From: Bacteroidota bacterium
GTDB lineage: Bacteria > Bacteroidota > Bacteroidia > Bacteroidales > BM520
Direction: 5' to 3'
DNA length: 64,000 nucleotides
Assembly (NCBI GenBank): GCA_002748065.1
Contig: PDRJ01000041.1
Span: forward strand, 17,448-81,447
Shown: in pieces, positions 39,037 through 47,950 of the stretch
Layout: each line of letters begins with the position of its first letter
Position numbering within the stretch: position 1 is the stretch's first letter
Notes under the pieces: model-generated
The model's database searches: none
What the model was told of the DNA's origin: nothing
Seen by the model: the letters and a program-made list of their open reading frames with translations, nothing else
Translations under genes and position numbers: made by a program

Positions 39037-42000
39037 CTATTCGTCATCGTCTTCAAAGCTCATGGCTGCATAGCGCAAGTAGCTCTTATAGCGCCATCTT
39101 GCATTCTCTTCCGCAGCGGCAAAGAGTTCAAAGGCCTCTTCGGGGAATGATTTAAGCAAGGAAGTATAGCGTACCTCGCTCTTCAGGAAACTCTGGAACT
39201 TGCTCCAATTGGGTTCCTTACTATCGAGGGTAAACGGATTCTTCCCTTCTTCTTCCAAGAGAGGATTATAACGGTACATCTGCCAGTAACCGCATTCGAC
39301 GGCCAGCTTCTCTTCCATCTGTGATTTTCCCATTCCGGCACGAAGACCGTGGTTAATACAGGGAGAGTAAGCGATAATCAATGAGGGTCCCGGATAGGCT
39401 TCGGCCTCACGAAGAGCCTTCAACCATTGTGCCTGATTTGCCCCCATAGCCACCTGAGCTACGTAGACATAACCATAGGTCATAGCCATTGCTCCAAGGT
39501 CTTTCTTACGAATACGCTTTCCGGCGGCGGCAAACTTTGCTACAGCAGCAACAGGGGTCGCCTTGGACGACTGGCCACCGGTATTGGAGTACACCTCCGT
39601 ATCCATACAAAGCACATTCACATCTTCCCCACTGGCCAGCACATGATCCAAACCACCATATCCGATGTCATAGGCCCAACCGTCACCACCAAAGATCCAG
39701 ATAGACTTCTTAATCATAAAGTCCTTCAACTCCTTCAACTCTTTTGCAACGGGGTGTGTTTCATTCTCCAACGCGGCCATCACCTTAGCTGAAGCCTCTT
39801 TGGAACCTTCGGCACTGTCTTTCTGTTCAAGCCACATCGCAAAAGCAGCTTTGGTCTCCTCATTGACGGCATCCATAGCGCCTTCCATACGAAGTTTGAT
39901 ACGATCGCGCAACTTGTTTACCCCAAGTGCCATTCCCATACCATACTCGGCGTTATCCTCAAAGAGTGAGTTCGCCCAGGCGATTCCTTTCCCCTCACTG
40001 TTCCTGGTGTAAGGGGTAGAGGGAGCAGATCCTCCGTAGATAGAGGAACATCCGGTGGCGTTGGCAACCATCATGCGGTCACCAAAGAGTTGGCTAACCA
40101 GCTTAACGTAGGGCGTTTCACCACAACCGGCACAGGCTCCGGAAAACTCAAAGAGCGGTTGTGCAAACTGCGAGTTCTTCACCGATTTATCTTTCGGCAT
40201 AAGCGTATCCTTATAGGTTACGTTTTGCACCATGTAGTTCCAGTTCTCAATCTCCTTCTCCTGCGTTCCCAAATACTCCATCTTAAGAGCCTTGGTCTTG
40301 GCGGGACAAACATCCACACAGTTTCCACATCCGGTACAATCGAGGGTACTCACCTGAATACGGAATTGCAAACCACTAAGGGGCTTACCATTAGCCTTCA
40401 CCGTACTGACACCTTCGGGCAATCCTTCCATCTCTTTCTCGTCGAGCAGGAAGGGACGAATTGCAGCGTGGGGACATACATATGCACACTGGTTACACTG
40501 GATACAGTTCGCAGCAACCCATTCGGGAACGCTTACCGCAATACCCCGCTTCTCATACGCCGTAGTACCTGCCGGGAACGTTCCGTCTTCACGTCCCACA
40601 AAAGCACTTACAGGAAGGTCGTCACCCTTTTGGGCATTAATGGGATCCACCACATTACGAATAAAGTCGGGACGTGTTTGATCCACCGCTACCTCTTCAG
40701 CCTCTAAGGAAGCCCACTCGGCGGGGATATCCACCTTCGTCACTTGACCTCCACGGTCAACAGCGGCGTAGTTCATCTTCACAATCTCTTCTCCCTTACG
40801 GCCAAAGCTCTTTACAATCGCTTTCTTCATCTGTTCCACCGCCTTATCGTAAGGAATCACGTTCGCAATCTTAAAGAAGGCAGACTGCATGATGGTGTTA
40901 ATACGGTTTCCAAGCCCTATCTCTTCGGCTATTTCCGTAGCATTGATGATATAAAAACCGATCTCTTTCTTTGCCATATAGGCCTTCATGCTGTTGGGCA
41001 GGCGACGTTTGGTCTCCTCCACATCCCAGATTGAGTTAAAGAGGAAGGTTCCCCCTTTACGCAATCCTTTTAGCATATCGTATTTATCAAGATACGAAGG
41101 CACGTGACACGCCACAAAGTCGGCAATATTCACGTAATAGGTTGAACGGATGGGGTGGTCTCCGAAACGCAAGTGAGAAACGGTAAATCCACCCGACTTC
41201 TTAGAGTCATATTGGAAATAACCCTGACAATATTTATCGGTACTCTCTCCAATAATCTTGATGGAGTTCTTATTGGCACCCACGGTACCATCAGAACCGA
41301 TACCGTAAAACTTAGCCTGGATTGTCCCTTTAGGGGTCACATCAATATCTTCAAGCAGGGGAAGTGACTTAAAGGTCAAGTCATCTACGATTCCCACCGT
41401 AAAGTGGTTCTTAGGCTCTGCCAATTTCAGGTTCTCGTATACCGAGCGAATCATCGCTGGTGTAGTATCTTTGGAAGACAAACCGTAACGCCCACCCACG
41501 ATCATAGGACGCTCTTCATGGGGCATGTCATAGAACAGATCTCGCACATCCAGGTAGAGGGGTTCTCCGTTTGCACCCGGCTCTTTAGTACGGTCAAGTA
41601 CGGCGATACGTTTCACGCTCTTGGGATAAACCTTAAAGAAGTATTTTGCAGAGAAAGGACGATAGAGATGGCAAGTTATCAAGCCCACCTTTTCGCCTTG
41701 TGCTCTCAGGTACTCTACCACCTCTTGCGCAGCCTCTGTCACAGAAGCCATAGCCACAATCACATTTTCAGCCTCGGGATCACCGTAGTAGGTGAAGGGG
41801 TGATATTCACGTCCGGTAAGTTTGGACATCTCCTGCATATACTCCTCAACCACATCCGGAACTATCTCATAAAACTTATTTGCCGACTCTTTTGCCTGGA
41901 AGAAGATATCCGGGTTCTGCGCTGTACCACGGGTCACCGGATGCTCCGGATTAAGGGCATTCTCACGAAATGCACGCACACCATCCCAGTCCACCAACTT

Positions 42001-42579
42001 ACGCATATCCTCCATGTCAAGAGCCTCAATCTTCTGAATTTCATGTGAAGAGCGGAAGCCATCAAAGAAATGGACAAAAGGAACACGCGTCTTTATAGTG
42101 GTAAGATGCGCTACACCGGCCAAATCCATAATCTGTTGTACCGAACCTGAAGCAAGAAGGGCAAAACCCGTTTGGCGTGTTGCATACACATCACTATGGT
42201 CTCCAAAAATGGAGAGGGCATGTGCGGCAACCGAACGGGCACTCACATGAAATACAGCAGGCAATAACTCACCCGCCACCTTATACATATTAGGGATCAT
42301 CAACAGCAATCCCTGAGATGCTGTAAATGTAGAGGTCAATGCCCCTGCCTGTAACGAACCGTGTACCGCCCCGGATGCTCCACCTTCCGACTGCATCTCA
42401 CTCACTCGAACCGTCTCGCCAAAGATGTTCTTCCTTCCATGAGCAGCCCACTCATCCACATATTCCGCCATGTTAGACGATGGAGTAATCGGATAGATAG
42501 CTGCCACTTCACTAAACATATATGCAATATGCGCAGCAGCCATGTTCCCATCACAGGTAATGAAATTCTTCTTTTTCAT
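39037..42579 (-). CDS. nifJ: Pyruvate:ferredoxin (flavodoxin) oxidoreductase
   Basis: YPITPS, two ferredoxin motifs (CIQCNQC, CTGCGNC), SGACAGCGE and GGDGWAYDIG. Confidence 0.97.
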   Translation of the reverse strand: MKKKNFITCDGNMAAAHIAYMFSEVAAIYPITPSSNMAEYVDEWAAHGRKNIFGETVRVSEMQSEGGASGAVHGSLQAGALTSTFTASQGLLLMIPNMYKVAGELLPAVFHVSARSVAAHALSIFGDHSDVYATRQTGFALLASGSVQQIMDLAGVAHLTTIKTRVPFVHFFDGFRSSHEIQKIEALDMEDMRKLVDWDGVRAFRENALNPEHPVTRGTAQNPDIFFQAKESANKFYEIVPDVVEEYMQEMSKLTGREYHPFTYYGDPEAENVIVAMASVTEAAQEVVEYLRAQGEKVGLITCHLYRPFSAKYFFKVYPKSVKRIAVLDRTKEPGANGEPLYLDVRDLFYDMPHEERPMIVGGRYGLSSKDTTPAMIRSVYENLKLAEPKNHFTVGIVDDLTFKSLPLLEDIDVTPKGTIQAKFYGIGSDGTVGANKNSIKIIGESTDKYCQGYFQYDSKKSGGFTVSHLRFGDHPIRSTYYVNIADFVACHVPSYLDKYDMLKGLRKGGTFLFNSIWDVEETKRRLPNSMKAYMAKKEIGFYIINATEIAEEIGLGNRINTIMQSAFFKIANVIPYDKAVEQMKKAIVKSFGRKGEEIVKMNYAAVDRGGQVTKVDIPAEWASLEAEEVAVDQTRPDFIRNVVDPINAQKGDDLPVSAFVGREDGTFPAGTTAYEKRGIAVSVPEWVAANCIQCNQCAYVCPHAAIRPFLLDEKEMEGLPEGVSTVKANGKPLSGLQFRIQVSTLDCTGCGNCVDVCPAKTKALKMEYLGTQEKEIENWNYMVQNVTYKDTLMPKDKSVKNSQFAQPLFEFSGACAGCGETPYVKLVSQLFGDRMMVANATGCSSIYGGSAPSTPYTRNSEGKGIAWANSLFEDNAEYGMGMALGVNKLRDRIKLRMEGAMDAVNEETKAAFAMWLEQKDSAEGSKEASAKVMAALENETHPVAKELKELKDFMIKKSIWIFGGDGWAYDIGYGGLDHVLASGEDVNVLCMDTEVYSNTGGQSSKATPVAAVAKFAAAGKRIRKKDLGAMAMTYGYVYVAQVAMGANQAQWLKALREAEAYPGPSLIIAYSPCINHGLRAGMGKSQMEEKLAVECGYWQMYRYNPLLEEEGKNPFTLDSKEPNWSKFQSFLKSEVRYTSLLKSFPEEAFELFAAAEENARWRYKSYLRYAAMSFEDDDE

Positions 42580-42854
42580 AGTGCGAATTGTTAAATTCTT
42601 ATATTTATAGCCTTAATTTTTCTCCTTGAAAACTTGTGCGAAATTATAAATTTCCAACCAATAAAGGCACGATATTGACAAAAGCACCCCCTTAACATCC
42701 CAATTTAAATCTATTCTAAATTAGAAGTTTGTATTTAAATCAAAAACCACTACTCCCCCTCACGAAAACAGCAATTCCATCCCCAAAAAAACACCATACG
42801 CCATCGCCAATACACATATTTTAAATAAGTTTGTCCCTGTAAACTTTTCACAAA

Positions 42855-44045
42855 ATGGAGACGATTCGCACCCTATACAAGATCGGGCATGGCCCTTCGA
42901 GCAGCCACACCATGGGACCGGCGCGCGCGGCGGAGAAATTTCGGAGAGAGTACCCCGAGACCCTCTACCGTGTCACCCTACTAGGATCACTGGCGGCCAC
43001 AGGAAAGGGGCATCTCACCGACAAAATTCTTCACAAGACACTGGGTAAAGGATTAAAGGAGATCCTTTGGAAACCCCATATCGTCCCTCAAGAGCACCCC
43101 AATGCCCTGATTTTTGAAGCGCTATCAAAAACAGGAGAGCTCCTCAAGTCGGAAACATGGTTTAGCATTGGAGGAGGAGAGATCACACAAAATCCCAAAC
43201 AGAAAAACGCTAACGCCATTTATGGGCTGCATAAAATGGATGATATCTTGCTATGGTGCCAGAAGAGGGGGTTAAACCTCTGGGAATACGTAGCAGATCG
43301 TGAAGATGACGACCTTTGGGATTACCTGGAAGAGGTATGGCACGTCATGGAGAGTGCCATCAAAAACGGATTGGATCATGAAAGTCGTCTCCCCGGCCCC
43401 CTAAGTATTGCCAGAAAGGCCTCGGCTTACTTCACCAAAGCGCAACAACAAAACAATCATGTACGCCCTAGAGTTCAGCTCTATGCTTATGCTCTCGCCG
43501 TTGCGGAAGAGAACGCTTCAGGGGGCAAGATTGTAACCGCTCCCACATGCGGATCCTGCGGTGTCGTACCGGCAGTACTCTACCTACTGCAAGAGTATCA
43601 CCAATTTAGTAAGAAGAGAATCCTGCATGCGTTAGCCACAGCAGGACTCATTGGCAACCTAATCCGTACCAATGCCTCCATCTCAGGGGCAGAAGTAGGT
43701 TGTCAGGGGGAGATCGGTTCTGCTTGCGCCATGGCCTCCGGAGCGGCAACACAACTCTTTGGAGGATCACCGGCTCAGGTAGAATACGCCGCAGAAATGG
43801 GCCTTGAACACCATCTGGGCCTAACCTGTGACCCGGTAATGGGCCTTGTCCAGATTCCCTGCATCGAACGAAATGCCTTCGCTGCCACCAGAGCCCTCGA
43901 CGCCAAAGACTACGCCCTGTTATCTGATGGAATCCACCGAATATCCTTCGATAAGGTAGTCACCGTTATGAATGAAACCGGACATGATATCCCGGCGCTA
44001 TACCGAGAAACCGCCCAGGGAGGATTGGCAAAAAGAGAGAGATAA
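42855..44045 (+). CDS. sdaA: L-serine ammonia-lyase, Fe-S dependent, single chain
   Basis: GPSSSHTMGP, VTAPTCGSCG, GCQGEIG and LGLTCDP...QIPCIERN motifs. Confidence 0.93.
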   Translation: METIRTLYKIGHGPSSSHTMGPARAAEKFRREYPETLYRVTLLGSLAATGKGHLTDKILHKTLGKGLKEILWKPHIVPQEHPNALIFEALSKTGELLKSETWFSIGGGEITQNPKQKNANAIYGLHKMDDILLWCQKRGLNLWEYVADREDDDLWDYLEEVWHVMESAIKNGLDHESRLPGPLSIARKASAYFTKAQQQNNHVRPRVQLYAYALAVAEENASGGKIVTAPTCGSCGVVPAVLYLLQEYHQFSKKRILHALATAGLIGNLIRTNASISGAEVGCQGEIGSACAMASGAATQLFGGSPAQVEYAAEMGLEHHLGLTCDPVMGLVQIPCIERNAFAATRALDAKDYALLSDGIHRISFDKVVTVMNETGHDIPALYRETAQGGLAKRER

Positions 44046-44051
44046 CGACTG

Positions 44052-44240
44052 CGGGAGACGGGAGTCGGAAGACCGAAGACGGAAGACCGAAGTCGGAAGA
44101 TGGGAGACCGAAGTCCGAAGACGGGAGATGGAAGACGGGAGACGGAAGAGTGAGGTTGGAAGTTGAAAGTTGAGCGACAACCTTTTGCAAACGTTGCGGT
44201 CAACCCAAACCAAAGGCTACGAAGCACAAACAGATAAAAA
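44052..44240 (+). repeat. Heptamer tandem array (about 18 degenerate CGGAAGA-type units) plus conserved tail
   Basis: cgggaga cgggagt cggaaga ccgaaga...; the tail resembles the one after the 54148 array. Confidence 0.85.
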
Positions 44241-44321
44241 CAATTAGAAAATGCTCACAAGTTGCCCAAAGCGCATAAACGTTAGGTTAGCACTTAAGCG
44301 GAGTATCCAAAGAGACAAAAC

Positions 44322-45044
44322 CTACGACGGCCTCTTCAACCCTTTCAGCACCTTCTCGGCATCTCTCCAATAAAGATTATCCTCGTTATCCGAGATCTTT
44401 TGTAGCAGATAAATTGCCTTCAAGGGCTTGGACTCCTTCAAATAACACATCGCCAGATACCACTCCGCATGCTCAACATAGAGGTTATCCTTATGGTCAA
44501 GAACCGCCTTAAAGGATTTGATCGCATCATCATACCGCGCTGTTTCAATGTAAGAGATTCCGCCATAAAAACGAAGGGCAACATTAGCGGGATCTTGCGC
44601 AAGACCTTCCTCAAACATCAGCGTAGCCTCCTCATAATCCCCCTCACGAAACTTCACCAAAGCCTGATTCATATCCCCCTCTCCTCGTACCGTACTCCCT
44701 ACGATCATCACATTTTCGGGATGATAGTATCTATCAAACATCTGTTCAGAAGAGTACGAGCGGGGAGTGAGCAACAGGGATCCGGCTGTAATCAAAAGTC
44801 CCAGACTAGCTGCCACAAAAGAGTATCTCCAATAGGGATTCTTTATCATCCTTCTCATCCCTAGAAAACGAGTGTGAGCGGGCTTTTTCAACGCATCCAA
44901 CTTCATCTTTAAATCAAGAAGTTCAAAATCATTCAAAATCGTATCCAGCTCCTCGTTAAGAGAGGGACAAGAGCCTCTATAGTTTGAAGCAACCCCCTGG
45001 GGAACGGTCTCAATAGTTCCTTTTACAACCTCATGAATCTTCAT
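44322..45044 (-). CDS. Single-pass membrane TPR protein, putative anti-sigma factor
   Basis: Short N-terminus, TM helix (YWRYSFVAASLGLLITAG), then TPRs with AEWYLAMCYLK; overlaps the sigma-factor stop. Confidence 0.72.
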   Translation of the reverse strand: MKIHEVVKGTIETVPQGVASNYRGSCPSLNEELDTILNDFELLDLKMKLDALKKPAHTRFLGMRRMIKNPYWRYSFVAASLGLLITAGSLLLTPRSYSSEQMFDRYYHPENVMIVGSTVRGEGDMNQALVKFREGDYEEATLMFEEGLAQDPANVALRFYGGISYIETARYDDAIKSFKAVLDHKDNLYVEHAEWYLAMCYLKESKPLKAIYLLQKISDNEDNLYWRDAEKVLKGLKRPS

Positions 45045-45648
45045 ATTCCTTTAATTCTTTGTATGATGTATCACCTTCAATTCGCTTTTTCAACAACTCC
45101 TTACAGCTATACTTACGCGCTTTGGTATAATCCTCACTAGCATATCCCATGACCTTGGTAATATCGCGTATCGACTTCCCTTTGGCAAACAACGATAATA
45201 CACGCTGGCAGTCCGATGACAAAGAACCGAAGTGCTTCAGGTAGATCCGCCTCCGTTCCGATTCAGGATTAAAGAGATCATACTCTCCCAGGTTATCATC
45301 CGAAAGGGGCAAAAAACCTTCAACCTCAGTAACATCAACTGTACGCTCGTCAAAACGCTTATTCTTGTTAAGGTGTTGCAGCCAAAGATTGCGACAAATA
45401 CTGTAAAAGAACGTCTTGAAAGAACTCGTTAGCGAGAACTCCTCTCCTCTAACCTTTTCGTAAACGACGAAAATAGCATCCTGGAATAGATCCTCAGCAT
45501 CCTCCGGAGTACCTGAATTACCCTCCACGAAACGTCTCACGAGACCGATATACTCACGATAAATCGACTCTATGACCTCCGTTCGGCGCTCCCTCAATCC
45601 CTCAAGGTAATCCAAATCACCGTTTACAGAAATTCCTCTCTTCTTCAT
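45031..45648 (-). CDS. ECF-type RNA polymerase sigma-70 factor
   Basis: Region 2 DAEDLFQDA...SSFKTFFYSICRNLW; region 4 LSSDCQRVLSLF...SIRDITKVMGY. Confidence 0.9.
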   Translation of the reverse strand: MKKRGISVNGDLDYLEGLRERRTEVIESIYREYIGLVRRFVEGNSGTPEDAEDLFQDAIFVVYEKVRGEEFSLTSSFKTFFYSICRNLWLQHLNKNKRFDERTVDVTEVEGFLPLSDDNLGEYDLFNPESERRRIYLKHFGSLSSDCQRVLSLFAKGKSIRDITKVMGYASEDYTKARKYSCKELLKKRIEGDTSYKELKEYEDS

Positions 45649-46240
45649 CCAGTTTTCCCAAAAAAGTAATACAAAATCCCCAATTTTTTTTATATTTTGT
45701 TCAGGAGATATCACTTAAACCATTTATTCCCAAGAAGATAATAAAAAACCCGGAAAAAAGGTATAACGTCCTCCTTTCCCGTTTCCCTTACCTCTTTTCA
45801 CTGCTATCCGATAAAAACAGGAGAAGAAAGAAGACGACACCCTCATCCTCCTCTCTTTCTCCATCGCATTTTGGTTTCCCTCAAACCGAATTGCAATGAA
45901 TAAAAGTACACATTTTTTTTGAACGTTTCGCTCTTTAAGGAGTGATTTTGTTCATTAATTCAACAATCACTTCAAAAAAAATAAAAAAAATACACTTTCC
46001 TCTCCCAGACACAAATAAATCATAAAAAACTAATAATCAACCACAAAAGCACCTTAAAACCGCTATTCACATGGTTTTTATTACGCAATAGTGACATTTT
46101 TTTAAAAAAAAGTTCAAAAGAGGGTATTACCTTTTTCGGAAAAACGGATTAAGGGATAGACACGACGAGAAGAGAGTGTGACTGAGGAGAAGGAGTGGTG
46201 TCGAAGTTGTGGTGTTAATGTTAATTTCATGTATAACGAG

Positions 46241-47563
46241 ATGAGAAAGTTGTATTTTCGCTTATTAGGTATTAGTATGGTTGTTGTTTTGCTGGGTTCG
46301 ACGCTTGGCGTGACAGCTCAGAACTCTTTTTCAGGAAAGGTTCTCTATCATGGAAATCCAGATAAGCCCGTACATTCTGTAACCGTGACCATGCAAAATG
46401 CGGATAACTCATTTTTCCAGACAGTGGAGACAGCATCGGATGGTTTTTACGAATTTACTGATATCCCCAACGGGACCTTTACTATAACAGCGGAAACTGA
46501 ACTCGCTACGAGAGAGCCGGAACTCATGGATGCCTTTATGATCATGCAGCACCTGCTGGGAGCGATCAACCTGGAAGGTTACGAAGCAATGGCCGCAGAT
46601 GTGAATGACAATGGCACCGTTGATTGGGAAGACTACTGGGACATCATGATTGGATGGATTGTATACCAACTCCCCTTTGAGAGTGATCCCTGGTTGTTTG
46701 ACACATTAGAGCACACCTTCTCTGCCAGCAAAGAAGAGGGTAACGGTAATGGCAATGGGAACGGCAATGGGAATGGTAACGGTAACGGAAATGGCAACGG
46801 CAATGGAGGAGGAAATAACACATCCTCAGGAAATGAGCTTGGATGCACCACTTCGGGAGATGTCTCAGGCGTATACATCATTCCCGATGACAAAAATACA
46901 TCGAGCATTATTGCAACACAAGTTATTGATGCTCAACCCGGAGAGACTGTAGAGCTCACCTTCAGCTCACAGGAAGAGCTTACTGTTTTGGCGCTCTATT
47001 TAGGACTCCAGTACGATGCCAACCTCTTGACCATTGAGGGCTACGAAACCTATCCCCAGGCAATGGCTCCCCGCACGGAGGAGGCAGAGGGAATACTCGG
47101 GTTCAACTGGATGGCGGAAAGCAAGGATGAGGCAAAGTCTCTTACAGACGCACAACCCATCATCACGCTGAGCGTGACCATTGCAGAAGATGCTGCTCCT
47201 CAGGAAATCAACTTCACACTGGATCAGGAATCCGGAGCCATCTTTGCCGGACAGAATGTGAATTTTGCTCCGATGCAACTGACAACTCAATCGATCCGTA
47301 TCTCGGAAAAGGGAGCTACCGGTATAGAGGAGGTGAACTCCTCGGTAGAGATCTATCCTAACCCCACATCAGACTATGTGGTAGTGGTGGCACAAGAGGA
47401 TGAGATCATCCTCCGTGATATGACAGGAAAAACTGTGCTGAGGACCGAGGTAAACGGAAAGAAGCAGATTGATCTTTCTTCTTTAGCTCCCGGATACTAC
47501 TTTTATTCCCTTTCAAAAGCTACTCATGAAAAAGCAGCAGGAAAGCTGTTAATCACAAGATAA
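46241..47563 (+). CDS. T9SS-secreted protein: Ig-like domain, dockerin-like, Gly-Asn repeat, cohesin-like, CTD
   Basis: Signal peptide; TASDGFYEFTDIPNGTFTI; AADVNDNGTVDWED Ca-binding loop; (GN)11; LQYDANLL cohesin-like strand; IYPNPT...PGYYF CTD. Confidence 0.75.
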   Translation: MRKLYFRLLGISMVVVLLGSTLGVTAQNSFSGKVLYHGNPDKPVHSVTVTMQNADNSFFQTVETASDGFYEFTDIPNGTFTITAETELATREPELMDAFMIMQHLLGAINLEGYEAMAADVNDNGTVDWEDYWDIMIGWIVYQLPFESDPWLFDTLEHTFSASKEEGNGNGNGNGNGNGNGNGNGNGNGGGNNTSSGNELGCTTSGDVSGVYIIPDDKNTSSIIATQVIDAQPGETVELTFSSQEELTVLALYLGLQYDANLLTIEGYETYPQAMAPRTEEAEGILGFNWMAESKDEAKSLTDAQPIITLSVTIAEDAAPQEINFTLDQESGAIFAGQNVNFAPMQLTTQSIRISEKGATGIEEVNSSVEIYPNPTSDYVVVVAQEDEIILRDMTGKTVLRTEVNGKKQIDLSSLAPGYYFYSLSKATHEKAAGKLLITR

Positions 47564-47598
47564 TATCTCCTAATTAATACAACAACGTAACACCGCTT

Positions 47599-47638
47599 AA
47601 AACAGGTCAACTCTCCCCGGGTTTGACCTGTTTTTATT
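47599..47638 (+). terminator. Terminator after the secreted-protein gene
   Basis: AAAACAGGTCAA...TTGACCTGTTTT hairpin with T-tail. Confidence 0.8.
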
Positions 47639-47640
47639 TA

Positions 47641-47864
47641 GAGGCTGTATAGAAAGTCCGACTTCTTCGTTATGCTTCTCTTCAAAAATAGTGCAAACCG
47701 AACGCAAAAGTAAGCTTGCTTATATTTTGCTGAGGTGCAGCCTATTTTATGTAAAATGATCATTTACCCCAGTAAACGCACCTATTTCAGCCTTCGCAAG
47801 CCTCAAATTCGAACGCTCTATACCACCACGGCTCAAAACGCTGACTTTATGGGCAGAAAGACAC
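47641..47864 (+). mobile_element. MITE copy E (long form)
   Basis: Left end GAGGCTGTATAGAAAGTC; TATTTA on both flanks (47635-47640, 47865-47870). Confidence 0.8.
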
Positions 47865-47950
47865 TATTTAGAGAGGCTTCTTTCTTATTGGCACCAATTT
47901 ATTTTATACTTTTGCTGCGCGTACAACGTTGTTAGCTTTTTCAATCTTCC

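Noticed and set aside
43910-44227. Short ORFs across the heptamer array (likewise 54051-54353)
   Set aside because: Low-complexity translations of the 7-mer repeat, open in several frames.
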